From assembly GCF_036321535.1 (NCBI RefSeq), contig NC_087436.1, forward strand, positions 65,598,001 to 65,662,000: a stretch of DNA of 64,000 bases. The letters are read 5' to 3'. Source of the DNA: Camelus dromedarius (Eukaryota). This document shows, piece by piece, positions 12,642 through 25,660 of this stretch (within the stretch, counting starts at the first letter, position 1; every line of letters begins with the position of its first letter). The notes under the pieces were generated by a model, which ran no database searches, was not told the origin of the DNA, and was given only the letters and a program-made list of their open reading frames with translations. Made by a program: the position numbers and the translations under genes.

Positions 12642-13124
12642 TGTAACAGGGAAAAACAAATCTGACTTCATATTGGTTCTTTTTTTTTTTTTTAAACCTT
12701 TGTATTTCATTGCTTTTGCTACAAGTTAATCACTAAAGAGATGTTGCCTGTAGTTTAAAGTATACATAATGGCCCATTTCTGGAAATCTGCATCCCACAC
12801 TTGAACTTAAGCTAAAATGTCTTTGTCTAGGTAACAGGAAACACCCTGACCAGGCCTACTTGTAAATGGCTGCATCCCCTCCAGAGTCTGGCTGGGACCA
12901 GGAAGTACTTGCAACAACTTATCAACTTTCTTACTTTACCTCCTCACCTCCCTTCTTTGCTCTGTAAAGAAACTAGCATCCAAACCCAGGCAAGATGGTT
13001 CTTTGGGACACTAGTCCATCATCCTCTCATCTGGCTTTCTGAATAAAGTCACTATTCTTTGCCCCAAAAACTCATCCCTTGACTTATTAGCCTGTCATGT
13101 GGGGAGCACCTGGACTTGGTTACA
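12642..13124 (+). mobile_element. ERV1 solo LTR, MER41-like
   Basis: TGTAAC...GTTACA inverted termini, 4-bp flanks CTAG/CTAA, AATAAA at 13042-13047. Both ends are homologous to the LTR at 53630-54165. Confidence 0.85.
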
Positions 13125-15955
13125 CTAAAATCAGAAGACTCAAAGACTGTGTATTCCATTTACATGTTTCCTGGCTTTCTACAAGAAACCTGTAATTTAT
13201 TGAGTCATACCAAAAAATGAAATCAAAGTAATATATAGATTTTAGTATCAATTATTAAAAATAAAGATCACATTCAACTTCTCTTTGAATAAGGAATTAC
13301 TAGGCTGGGGGTGTTGAATTTTACCTACAGGTAAAGAAAAACCTGGAGTACTTGGAATCTCCTTATTTCAACATTAAGTCAAGAAGGATCAAATTGATTT
13401 TTCTTTCTTTTTTTTATGAAGTTTGTACAGAATTGATATATGTTCTATAATTATGCCAAAATAATTAAAGTCAGTTTATTAGCCTGAAACAAGCTATATA
13501 TTTTGAAGGAAGGTTCTGAGAGATTATCACAATTAATATATTTTTCTTAATAGTAAAATTATCTTTTTGCCAGAGTGATATTATGAGTATTAATTAATAC
13601 ATTACTAACTACACAAAAAACTGTTCAAGCAATAGTTTAAAAGGGAAAGAATAATTACCAGGTGACAAACATTTTCTGAAATGTAACACTATAAAAACCT
13701 AAAAAAAATATGTTATCAGATTTCTTCATTTGGCATTTCCTTGCTTTGTTGTGAATTTAATAATTGGAAGAGTTCTTATTTTTATTAATTTTGAGATGAT
13801 CTTCTGTACTTGGACCCTATGGAAACTCCTGTTTTACCACATAATATTTTGAACTAAATTTCAGGTAGTCCCAATGTCTCTAGTATGTGGTAGATGAAAT
13901 TATTTTACAACATTAAAAATAATATCCAAAGGATAGACTAGGTAAATAAATTATTTAAAACATGCCCATACTAGTTTAATTTAGCATGTTTTTATAACAT
14001 ATCCATACAAATAAAATAAAATATTTTTGTTCATTATGTATATTTTGGTCTAAAAGTTGTAAATAAAATATACAAGGAATTAATTACCATCATATTTGGT
14101 TTTGTCTCATTCTCCAATAAAGATTAAAATGGGTAATAAAGCTATGACAAAAAAATGAGTAATGATAATAAAATGTAATAAACAAGCTATACGTCAATGT
14201 GATGAATATTAAACATTATCTAGGAAGATTAATTCTAATGATAAATTATATATTCTAAGTTATGATCAAGAATCTGCTAAATGACTTAGAAATAAATAGC
14301 AAGCACCACCTCTGGGAAACAGAAAAATGTATTTAAAAAAAAAAAAACCTTGCTGTACTCACAAGCTTTATAATGGATTAAAGATGAACTAGGCAATGAA
14401 GAAAAGGTGCTCTCAGTATAAAATTAAATTTTCCAATCTAATCTGGTGTGCTTCTGTAAGAAAAGTTACAATATGACAAACATCATTGAAATTTAAAATT
14501 ACACTTATTGATACTGTCCAAATCATAAGAACATAACTTCCACAAAAAGCAGCATGTGTCATTTCAAACATTAAAAAAGAAAACTTTCTATATTCCTGAT
14601 TACAGATGTTTTCTAAGTAAGCAAAGGCCAATTAAATAAATCAATTAATACACAATAATTTTGACTTGATGGAATTTAAGTTTAATTTCATAGTTAATAA
14701 TATTCCTGTGGCATAATTAAATAAAATTTCAGACATTTAAATGGTCAGTAAATGACACTTAGTGCAACTGTTAATAACAATTTTACATTCTCTCTGGCTA
14801 AGTATCCTAATCAAAAAAGATTGCATTGTACCAGCTTTCAACGTTCTTCAAAAGTTTGGAAACCATGCAGGCATGCATGACCACCAGAAATTTGATGAAG
14901 TAATATAGATTATCAAATTATTTATTCTCCAAATTAACAAAGTTTATTATATTAAAAATATATTTAATATATTATATTACATTATATAAATAAAGAAAAA
15001 GACAAAAAAGGAGTTATATAAAATGAAGTTGAAGACTTCACTTGCATTGAATAAAAAAGCATTAACAATAAGAAGAACTAAAAAATGACAAGGGATGAGA
15101 TCAAGACAGCAAGGCAGAAAGATCCTGAGCTCACCTCCTCCCACAACACACCAAAAGTAAAACTATATATAGATCAACTGTCTCTGAGAACAACCTGAGG
15201 CTAGTAGAACAGCTCTTCTATAATTAAAGAAATATAGAAAAATAAAACACATTGAGATGGGTAGGAAGAGTAGAGATTCAGTCTACTTGGGATTCACATT
15301 CCTGGCATGTAACCTAAATGCAGGAAGAGATATCACAAACATGGCAGTCTTCCCTGAGGAGCAAGAGGTTTGAGCTTTACATTGGGTGACTTAGCTCTGG
15401 GGACCCACACACCAAGAAGTTGAGCCCCCAAAACATCTGGCTTTGAAAACCAGCAGGGCTATGTGTTGCTTATGTCTAGGAGAACCAGAAGGCTGTAGGA
15501 AATCAAGACTCTACTCTTAAAGGTGCATACATAATCTCAATCAGTCTGAGCAAGTCCCAGCACAGAGGTAGCAGTTTGAAAGCACCTGGCACTCCAGCCA
15601 GCCTGCCAAGGTCACTCCAGCCAGCCTGCCAAGGTCACCCCAGTTACCCCCGGCCATGTCTACTCCAGTTCCAGACACCCCACCAAGGCAACTCCATCCT
15701 GGCTCAGTACAACCCAGGAAACACCTAGCCCTCACCAATTCCAGATCCAGTGATCTAGTCAAGGCAGCGCCAGTTCAGTGCCCTGAAGGACCCTCCAGCC
15801 TATGTTTGCTCCAGCCCCAGCCCAACTGCCAAAGCCAACCAGCACATGCAGTCTTCTAAATAGGGGACACTCATACACAAGGTCATGCATTCAAGACTAG
15901 GAGAGGTAACTGTTTTGCCTAATTCATAGAAAACAAACACAGAAAGTGAAACAAA

Positions 15956-16772
15956 ATGAGAAAACAAAGAAATACACTCCAAATGAAATAACAAGATAAA
16001 ACATCAGAAAAGAACGATAATGAAACAAAAGTAATTTGTCTGATAAAGAGTTCAATGTAATGGTCACAAAATGCTCACTGAACTCTGAAGAATGAAGGAG
16101 CACAGCGAGAATTTCAACAAGGAGTTAAACCAGATCTCAAGAATACAAAACTAAAACAGAATCATATCCAAAGAATACAAAATTAAAACAGAATTACACT
16201 TGAGAGAATAAAGAGACAATTAGATGATACAAAAGAATGTATAAGTGATCTGGAAGACAGAATTGTGGAAATCACAACATAACAGCAAAACAAACAAAAA
16301 ACTAAAAAAAAGGATAGTTTAATGGACCTCTAGGATAACATCAAGCATAGTAACATTTGCATTTTAGGGGTCCCAGAAGGAGAACAGAGAGAGAAAAGAG
16401 GGGAGAAAACTTATTTGAAGAAATAATGGCTAAAAACTTCCTTAATAATGGCTGAAAAAAGATATACAGGTTCAGAAAGCACAGAGAGTCTTAAACAAGA
16501 ATTCAAAGAGATCCACACCAAGACATTTCATAATTAAAATAATAAAAGTTAAAATTAAGAGTGAATTTTAAAGGCAGCAAGATATATATATATATACATA
16601 TATATATATACACACACATATATAAATACACACACACACATACACACACACACACTAGTCACTAGCAGGGAACCCATATATGTCTATCAGCTGATGTTAC
16701 AGGAGAAACTTTGCAGGCAAGAAGGGAGTGATGCAACATATTTAAAGTACTGAAAGAAAAAAAATACAACCA
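15956..16772 (+). pseudogene. L1 ORF1 remnant (stops, frameshifts, microsatellite insertion, C-terminus deleted)
   Basis: ATGAGAAAACAAAGAAAT start, with ISDLEDRIVEI, NICILGVPEGE, RSTPRHFIIK and ETLQARREx motifs. Confidence 0.85.
16582..16655. repeat. Compound (TA)n/(CA)n microsatellite inside L1 ORF1
   Basis: Direct reading. Confidence 0.9.
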
Positions 16773-19700
16773 AAAAAATCAATTAGGAAACAGTGGTCTT
16801 AAATGGCACCTTAGACCAACAGACTTACATATACATAAAACATTCCATCCCCAAACTGGAGAGTACACATTCTTTTCAAGTGCAAACAAAACATTCTCCT
16901 GGATAGATCATATGTTAGCCTACAAAACAAGTCTTAAAATTTTAAGAAAATTGAAACCACATCAAGCATCTCTTCCAGCTGCAACAATATGAAATCAGAA
17001 TTAATTACACAAAGAAAACTGGGAAAAAAACACTACTATGTTGAGACTACACAACATGCTAAACAACCAATTAGTTAGTGAAGAATTCAAAGAAAAAATT
17101 TAAAAACATTGAGACAAATAAAAATGGGAACACAACTTTCCAAAATATATGGGACACAGTAAAAGCAGTTGTAGGAGGGAAGTTCATAGCAATACAGATC
17201 TAGCTCAAGAAACAAGAAAAGTCTCTATGCAATATAGCTTTATATATAAAGCAACTAGAAAAAGAAGAAAAAAACAAAGTCCAAATTTAATAGAAGGAAG
17301 GAAATAATACAGATCAGAATGGAAACAATGAAACAGAGATCTGTAGATATAATATTAAAATGCTGATAAAAGATTAATGAAACTAAGAGTCGGTTCTTTG
17401 AAAGGTAAACCAAAACTGACAAACCTTTAGCTGGATTTATCAAGATAAAAATAGATGGCCCAAGTAAATAAAATCAAAAATAAAAAAGGTGTACCACCAT
17501 ACATCAGAAATACAATCATAAGAGATTATTACAAACAATTGGACCACCTAGAAGAAATGAATACATTCCTAAAAACATACAAACTTCCAAGACTGAATCA
17601 GGAAGAAACAGAAAATCTTAACAGACTGATAAGTAGTAATGAGATTAAATCATTAATTTAAAAACTTCCAGCAAACAAAAGTCAAAGACCAGATGGCTTC
17701 ACAGGGGATTTCTACCAACTATTTAAAGGAGAGTTAATATTCATCCTTCTCAAATTACTCCAAAAATAGAAGAGGAATGAACACTACCAAACTCATTCTA
17801 TGAGACCAGCATTACCCTGACACCAAAAATAGACAAAGATACTACAAAAAATTACAGTCCAATATCCCTGATGAACATAAGATGAAGAAATCTTCAACAA
17901 AATATTAACAAAAGAAGTTCAAAAATACATTAAAAGGATCATACAGCATGTTAACTAGGGACTTATTCCAGGGTTGCAAGAATGGCTCAACAGTCACAAA
18001 TCAATGTGATACATTATATTAACAAAATAAAGGATAAAAATCACATGATCATTTCAATGAATGCAGAAAAACCAGTTGACAAAATTTAACATTTGTTTAT
18101 GATAAAAACTCTCAACACAGTGCGTAGAGAGGGAACATACCTCACCATAATAAAGGCCATATATGACAAATCCACAGATATCGTCATACTCACTGGTGAA
18201 CAGCTGAAAGCTTTTCCTCTAAGATCAGGAAAAAAGACAACAATGTCCACTCTTCCCACTTTCATTCAACATAGTATTGGATGTTCTAGCCACAGAAATC
18301 AGATAAGAAAAGAAACAGAAGGCATCCAAATTAGAAGGGAAGAAGAAAAACTGTCATTATTTGAAAATAACATGATACAATGTATCAAAAACCCTAGAGA
18401 CTTCACCAAGAAACTATTAGAACTCATAAATACAGTCAGTAAAGTTGCATGATATAAGATGTATATATAGAAATATGTTGCATTTCTATACACTAATAAT
18501 GAACTATCAGAAAAAGAAATTAAGAAAACAATTCCGTTAACAACTACATAAAAAAAAAAAAAACTGAAATACCTAGGAATAAATCTAACCAAGGAGGTGA
18601 AAAACCTATACACCAAAAACTATGAGATGTTAATGAAAAAAAATGAAGATGACACAAATAAATGGAAAGATATACCATACTTATGAACTGGAAGATTTAA
18701 TTTTGTTAAAATGTCCATATTACCCAAAACAGCCTATGGATTCAGTGCAATTCTTATCAAAGTACCCATGGCATTTTTCACAAAACTAGAACAAACAATC
18801 CTAAAAGTTGTATGGAATCACAAATGATCAAAGCAATTTTGAGCAAGAAGAACAGAGCAGGAGGAATTGTGCTTCTTGATTTCAAACTATCCTGCAAAGC
18901 TACAGTAATCAAAATGGTATGGTACTGGCACAAAACTAGACATGTAGATCAATGGAACAGAATAGAGAGCCCAGAAAAAAACTCACACTTTTATGGTCAA
19001 TTAATGTATGACAAAGGAAGCACAAATATACAATGGGGAAAAGACTGTCTCTACAATAACTCATATTGGAAAAGCTGGACATCTATCCATGAAAGAATGA
19101 AACTAGATAATACACTTACACCATGTACAAAATAAACTCAAATGGACTATAGACTTATATGTAAGATTTAAATCTATAAAACCCCTAGAATAAAACAGAC
19201 CATATGCTCTTTGACATTGGTCTTAGTAACATTTTTTTGGATCTGTCTCCTCAGGCAAGGGCAACAAAAGCAACAACAAACAAATGAAACCTAATCAGAC
19301 AAGAAAGCTTTTGCACAGGAAAAGAAACCATCAACCAAATGCAAGGCAACCTATTGAATGGAAGAAGATATTTGCAAATTATATATCTGATAAGGGCATA
19401 ATATCCAAAATACATTTTTTAAAAACACATACAACTCATTATCAAAGGAACAATCTGATTTTAGAAACAGCAGAGGATCTGAAAAGACAGTTTTCCAAAG
19501 AAGATATACAGATGGCTAACAGGCACATGAAAAGATACTCAATATCACTAGTCATCAGGGAAATGCAAATCAAAATCACAAATGAGATTTCACCTCACCC
19601 CTGTCAGAATGACTATCATCAAAAAGACTTAAAATAACAAGTGCTGAAGAGGATATAAAGAAAAGGTAACCTTTCACTGTTGGTGGGAATTCATACAGCC

Positions 19701-20068
19701 ACTATGGAAAACAGTATAGGGATTCCTCAAAAAAATGAAAAACAGAACTAACATACAATTCAGCAATTCAACTTTTGGGTATTTATCCAAAGAAAATAAA
19801 AACACTAATTCAAAAAAATATATACACCCCTCTGTTAACTGCAGTATTATTTACAATAGTTTAGGTATGGAAGCAAACTTTATCCTTTGATATATAAATG
19901 GATAAAGAAGATATGGTATACACACATGATAAAATATTACACAGCCATATAGAAGAATGAAATCTTCTCATTAGCAACAATATAGATGGACATAGAGGGT
20001 ATTATGCTATGTGCAGTAAGACTGAGAAAAACAAATACCATTTGATTTCACTTCGATGTGGAATCTAA
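16773..20068 (+). pseudogene. L1 ORF2 remnant (endonuclease N-terminus missing, RT dead)
   Basis: ORF-track pieces 17455, 18093, 18812 and 19284 ([44 protein letters not shown]). The catalytic FADDM has decayed to FENNM at about 18359-18373. Confidence 0.93.
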
Positions 20069-21586
20069 AAAACAAAACACATGAACAAAACAGTAACAGA
20101 CTCACAGATACAGAGAACAAAGTGGTGGTTAGAAGAGGGGAAAGAAGTGGGAGGACTGGCAAGATAAGTGAAGAGGACTAAGAGATCAAACTTCCAGGTA
20201 TAAAATAAGTAAGTCATTGGCTATAATGCGAGCACAGAAAATGAGTTGATGATATTATTACAACATTGTATGGTGACAGATGGTAACTAGATTTGTTGTG
20301 GTGTGATCATTCCTTAAAGTATAAAAATACTGAATCACTATACTGTACATCTGAGACTAATATAATATTGCAAGTCAATTATTCTTCCATAAAAAGAAAC
20401 TAGATATGATTTTACTTCCTTATTTTTATTTAATGTAAATTAAAAGCCAGCAAAAATACATAACACGGATGAGAGGAAATAAAAAAGTATCATGCAAAGA
20501 AGTATAACATTAATCATTAACCCATGTTATTTTAAAATTCATCAATGTGTATACATTTAGACTTAACAGAAATGGTTAATGTCAGTTTAAGTGCTATCAC
20601 TAAGTGATACTGGGAAATGGTATTACTGTGATAAAAAGGATCATAAAACAAAGTGTATGTTATGAAATTTAACTTTGCAAATTAGATAAAACTATAATGT
20701 TGGAAATAGTAATTATATTTTATTATTATTTTGTATGAAAAATATGAACATCAGAGTTATTGCTATGTTTGGGAAAATATAAGTCTTTCTAGGGCTAGAA
20801 CATAATATAACTCAAAGGACACTGGAAAATTATATTTTTGAGAGTTAAACTTCAGTCAGATAATAAAAGGCTTTGGAAATTATGTGAAAAAGTTTTTACT
20901 TCCTTTTGAAGGCAATAAGGAAACAGAATCATTTCAAAGATTACTTGAAATACTCATTTTAAAATACAAAAAAAATTTATGCATATGGGTGATTAATACA
21001 CTAAAGCAGTAAAGGAAGTCTTTTAAAAGCATAGGACAATAATGTCAATCTGACTTGGGTGAGGTTAACAAATTCAGGATAACTGAATACTAATAATAAA
21101 TAGTGCACATATTTCTGCCACATGTGCCATTTATTAATTTATCAAATATTTGAATGGCTACCAGAACATGTACTATGAGTTGGAGATAAAATGAGAGAGC
21201 ATTCCCCTTGCCCCAAATTTGCTTATAGAAAAGGGGGAAAATAATATCCTGATTGCCACCATGCTGACAATCACAGGAAGTGATTTGGTAAAGCAGCTAT
21301 GTCTAAGCACTATACTTGAGTAGCTTTCTTGTGTGATTAGACTATGATAACTAATTAGGTTAAAGATACAGAATTTTCCATGAATTACAGGGGCTATTTG
21401 TAATGTAGGTTCTCCTAAAAATGCAAAGGATTTGGAAACTCTAGTTACCATATATCTTATAATAGGACGTATTCATACATCTAAGAAAAAATGCTAGCTC
21501 TCCAATAGTGCAAGAGTGGGGAGAAGATACTTCAAATGATAACAATAGCCAATATTAATAATTTAGTCACTAAGGATGCTATAAAA

Positions 21587-22022
21587 TGGTGGTACTCAAA
21601 CTTTGCTCTTGGAAATTCTACAATTTCAGATAGTATTGAGAATCCAAAGAATTTTATTCATATATTAAAGCTATTAAAATTTACAATATTAGAAATTAAA
21701 TCTGAAAAAAATTAATTCACTTGAATAATAATAAACACATTGCCTAAATAGTATATTCTATTAAAAATAATTACACTTTCCAAAAAAAGAGAGTGACATT
21801 GTTTTACATTTCAGCAAATTTCCCTATTAACTGGTGTAATGAAGGAAGCAAGATTTATGCCTTCTTGCATTCAGTCTGTGGCAATATCACTCATCCTGAA
21901 GCCTTTTGATAAATCCACTATACACTCATGAGGGAATGTGAGTGAAAGAGAAATGTCATGACAATAATTTAGACCTCTGGAATCCCTGGAAGGCACTTGG
22001 GAGTTCAATCTGAGAGACATTA
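21587..22022. mobile_element. hAT-Charlie MITE (MER119/Charlie4a-like), complete
   Basis: Perfect 8-bp TSD CTATAAAA at 21579-21586 and 22023-22030. TIR-like TGGTGGTACTCAAACT and internal GAGTGACATTGTTTTACATTT, CACTATACACTCATGAG. Confidence 0.85.
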
Positions 22023-24199
22023 CTATAAAATATACTAAAATAATATTATGAAAAGGAACATGAATCTCAGGAGATTGGTTAACTCTTTGGTAGTCTAGAA
22101 AGAGACAGAAAAAGTGACTATATTTACAAGCAGTTAATGCTATTTGGTATCTTGCACTACCTCATGCTACTTATCACTATAGTCTCAGAATGCCGTGTTT
22201 AATATTGACATCTTTCCTCTATTGTCCAAATTGAAGGTGTGATTTACTACCTTATCCAGGAATCCTCTTCAAGAACCTTCCCTACATTGATGGACATGGT
22301 TAAATATATTTGATGACCACACTGTAGCCTATCTTTTTTTTCATAGAAGTAATTAAGCTTATAGTGGCAGGATTTGAGGCTTGACAAAATGACCAGGTGA
22401 ACTATATAACCTGCACCAAGTTTCTTACAGTTTTGGATATATAGTGAGTAAAGATTCTGTAAAAAGCATTCTCCATAGTATACTACCCTAAAACATTTTG
22501 TAGTCAATCCCCCAAAGCACCATTTTCTTTTTAAAGATGACGTGAATTATTCTTGAAACTCTTGCCCCTCATTTTCATTGAATTATCAGTAAAATTATGC
22601 AAATATAGTATGTAATATAATTTTTTGTCATTCAGTTATCTTTCAACCATGCTAATTAATGATGAATTATCTTAGTAAGTTGAGTAGATAGTTTCAACAT
22701 TGTATGTTTTTGTTTTTATTTTTATTTTTGTATATTCTCACTTATTCCACTAGCATAAGGTAACTTTATTAAGTATATTATTTAACTAGGAAAAGATCAA
22801 TCTCTTGACAAAGACTAAAAATATCAAGAATAAAGCAGGATTTGGTACTATTCCAACTGTAATTAAAATATTTCGCTAACCAAATACAATTGCTGTTAAC
22901 ATTTTTGTAAAAGTATTTTGCAATCATGTGAATCAGAAGGATGTTTAAAATATCTGAACTGGAAGAAGTTGAATATTTGAAACAAATTATTCTTAGAAAC
23001 AATAATATGAATAAAAACTTCTTAGTGATATATGGGGACAATTAAGCCTATTTTAAATAATTTCATTAATATAATAAAATGACTTCTGTTCATTCCTTTC
23101 CTACTACATCATTAAATATTATTGAGTTAGGTCCTGACATTTTATTCAGAATTATGTTTCTGGCATTTCAGTATTCAGCTCTAAATGTTAAGGATGTCAA
23201 TTATATAAGCATCCATCTTTTTCACTATGGTCTCCCATCAAACACTAATGGTAGAATTCCTAATTCATTTCAAGTAGTCTCAAATATCTGCCCTGAAGAA
23301 GGCTGATACTCTACAAGTGTTCTGACAACCTCTGCTAAGTAATTACTCTTAAAAATATCTCAGTAAATTCAACTCACTCCCAGAGGCATTTTAAATTATA
23401 TGTCGTTAAAATGTAATGCTTTCTGAAATGACAAGGTCATGCCAAAATGCAAAACTACACTCTATTTTTATCTGAGACATATCTACTCCAATAAAAATGT
23501 TACAGCTTACACTTCAAACCCGGAAGGATGAGTTGTGCTACACTGAGAGATATGTAGTAATCAAGGCAAATTGTGATATACACTAACAATAAATCAATAC
23601 TCTGGTCCCATTCTATGTGAGAAAACGATCCATTTGTGTGATGAGTGGATACTGCACATTTTGATACAATTTGCGACAAAAATGTACTCACAAAACTCGA
23701 TGTAAAACTGCCTCTACCTAACATTCCCTCCTGACACTTCAACATTTTCCTTCTTCTTTTGGACAGATATTTTCTAAGTATGAAAATTAAACTTACATGA
23801 AATGTTAACTTCATGTTTAAATGAATATATAAATGAAAGAATGCCTCACAAGGCAAACTGATCATAATATATATTTTGTGCCTCATAGTACAACAATAAA
23901 CATGTAATAATTTAGAAAAAAATGTAAATATAAAATCCAAAAGGAGTTATGGGAAAAAGTAACCTAATTCTATTCTTACTCTACCGAATAGAAATATTTT
24001 TCTTAGTAAAACTGTTATGATAATCTGGGAGTAATTGTGGACTAGACGTGTTTTCTAAATTGAGACAGTCAGGACACTGACTAAATAGAATCTATTTTAT
24101 CATCTCCCTCAATTAAATCCACTAGAAAAACTAAATGATATAATGTCTATGGAAGCTATAACTTATAACACTGATTGAAACATACTGAGAGTCAGCTGC

Positions 24200-24350
24200 A
24201 AATATATATATATATATACACACACACACGTATACACAGGCATATGAAAATATATATACACCTGTATGTTTGTGTAATGTGTACATATACATATGTAAAT
24301 ACACAAATATGAATATATTTTCAAGTTTGTACCACACACTAAAATACTAC
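24200..24350. repeat. (TA)/(CA)-rich low-complexity tract
   Basis: Direct reading. It explains the spurious ORFs at 24131-24455. Confidence 0.8.
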
Positions 24351-25409
24351 ATGTGTATGAATTTTTTGAGTGTTCTAAATTTTGAGCTGTTTTGTCATTT
24401 GGCTTTGAGTATCTGCTCAAAAGAGTATAAACAAGAAAAACAGAATGATCAGTAAATCAAGATATAGACCCTAAAAACTCAATATTGAGAGTATTATCAG
24501 AGTATTTTATAGAATATATATTGTATTAAAATTCACAAACTATATTTTTTGCTTGAAAAACTAACCATGGAACTTCTGCCATGGGAATCAATACTATTTT
24601 TTATCCACATATATTTTCAGGATTTTCCTTTCCTTATGTGAAGCAATTATCTTAGTTAAAATATGTTAAAATATGACTGAAACAGATACAAATAATTGTC
24701 ATAAACTCACTTTTGCTGCCATGTATCTTTAGAACTGAATAATTGATGAAAATATGCTTACTGAAAAAGCACTAAGTATGTGCTTTGTACAGACACTGAA
24801 GTCACTCTGACTTCTCATTCATCAGCATTGCTAAGCAAGATGATTTATGCAGAATGTTTTGAATTATAATAATGCAGACCTGAGAAATCTAGATAATGGT
24901 ATATCTTCTAATTATAACATCACTTCGACTATCCAAGGCAAATGTCTTCCTCCTTTAATTGGGAGTGAGTTTATACAGTTAAGGAATCATCTCGATAAAG
25001 TTAATGTAACATCTGAATAATATAATATCATCAAAAGATGGTGCTAGAAACAAGGCTCTCCTAAGTTAATTTTGGCCTAAAAGATTTTGACACAGTACTA
25101 TAATACATGGACTGGATTTTTATCATATATAATTTTAACAAACAATAGTCTAGAAAAATAATATACCATATTTAAAAATAGATGACAAAGTCTTTAAAGG
25201 CATACCAATTCATTAAAATGTATGGTGACTTTAGAGAAAAATTCTTACATTTTAAATAATTATAATTGCTTAATTAATAACTTTTCTTACCTACTACATA
25301 ACCATCCTTAATTTAATTTTAATGTTACTTAATACATCTGATAATAGTTCCCTCAAAACCAACAACGATTTTTATAGAATTTAATAATATGTTAAACACC
25401 CAGTTCTCA

Positions 25410-25660
25410 TAACAGATTTTTGAATCAGAAAGACATGGTTTCAAATGCCTTCTGAATAAATTATGTGCTACTCAACTTAAAAGCGGTAATTTTATGTCTT
25501 TGAGCTTTATGTTCTTCATCTTAAAAATCAGAATAAAATCAAATAATAATCAAATAATACAATCAAATTAACATGGTTGATAAATGAATTTGTTGGGAAA
25601 CAGCTTGGTGGTTGGCAAGGGCAATAGCACTGAAAAATGATTTATTACCGTTATTAAGGA
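25410..25660 (+). mobile_element. MIR SINE fragment
   Basis: TTTTGAATCAGAAAGACATGGTTTCAAATGCC...TTTGAGCTTTATGTTCTTCATCTTAAAAAT. Confidence 0.6.

Larger units (their letters stand above)
15092..20396 (+). mobile_element. Near full-length dead LINE-1 (L1MA9-like laurasiatherian 3' UTR) with internal deletion
   Basis: 5' end GGGATGAGATCAAGACAGC, 5' UTR to about 15955, ORF1 and ORF2 remnants, 3' UTR ending GTCAATTATTCTTCCATAAAAAG. Degenerate candidate TSD AAGAACTAAAAAATGA / AAGAAACTAGATATGA. Confidence 0.95.

Noticed and set aside
23500..23940. 146-aa minus-strand ORF, and similarly 7304..7729, 40482..40850, 44208..44597, 50730..51098, 51393..51752
   Set aside because: No recognisable domain. 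Several begin at non-ATG codons, composition follows AT-rich or repeat-derived DNA, and there is no consistent splice architecture.
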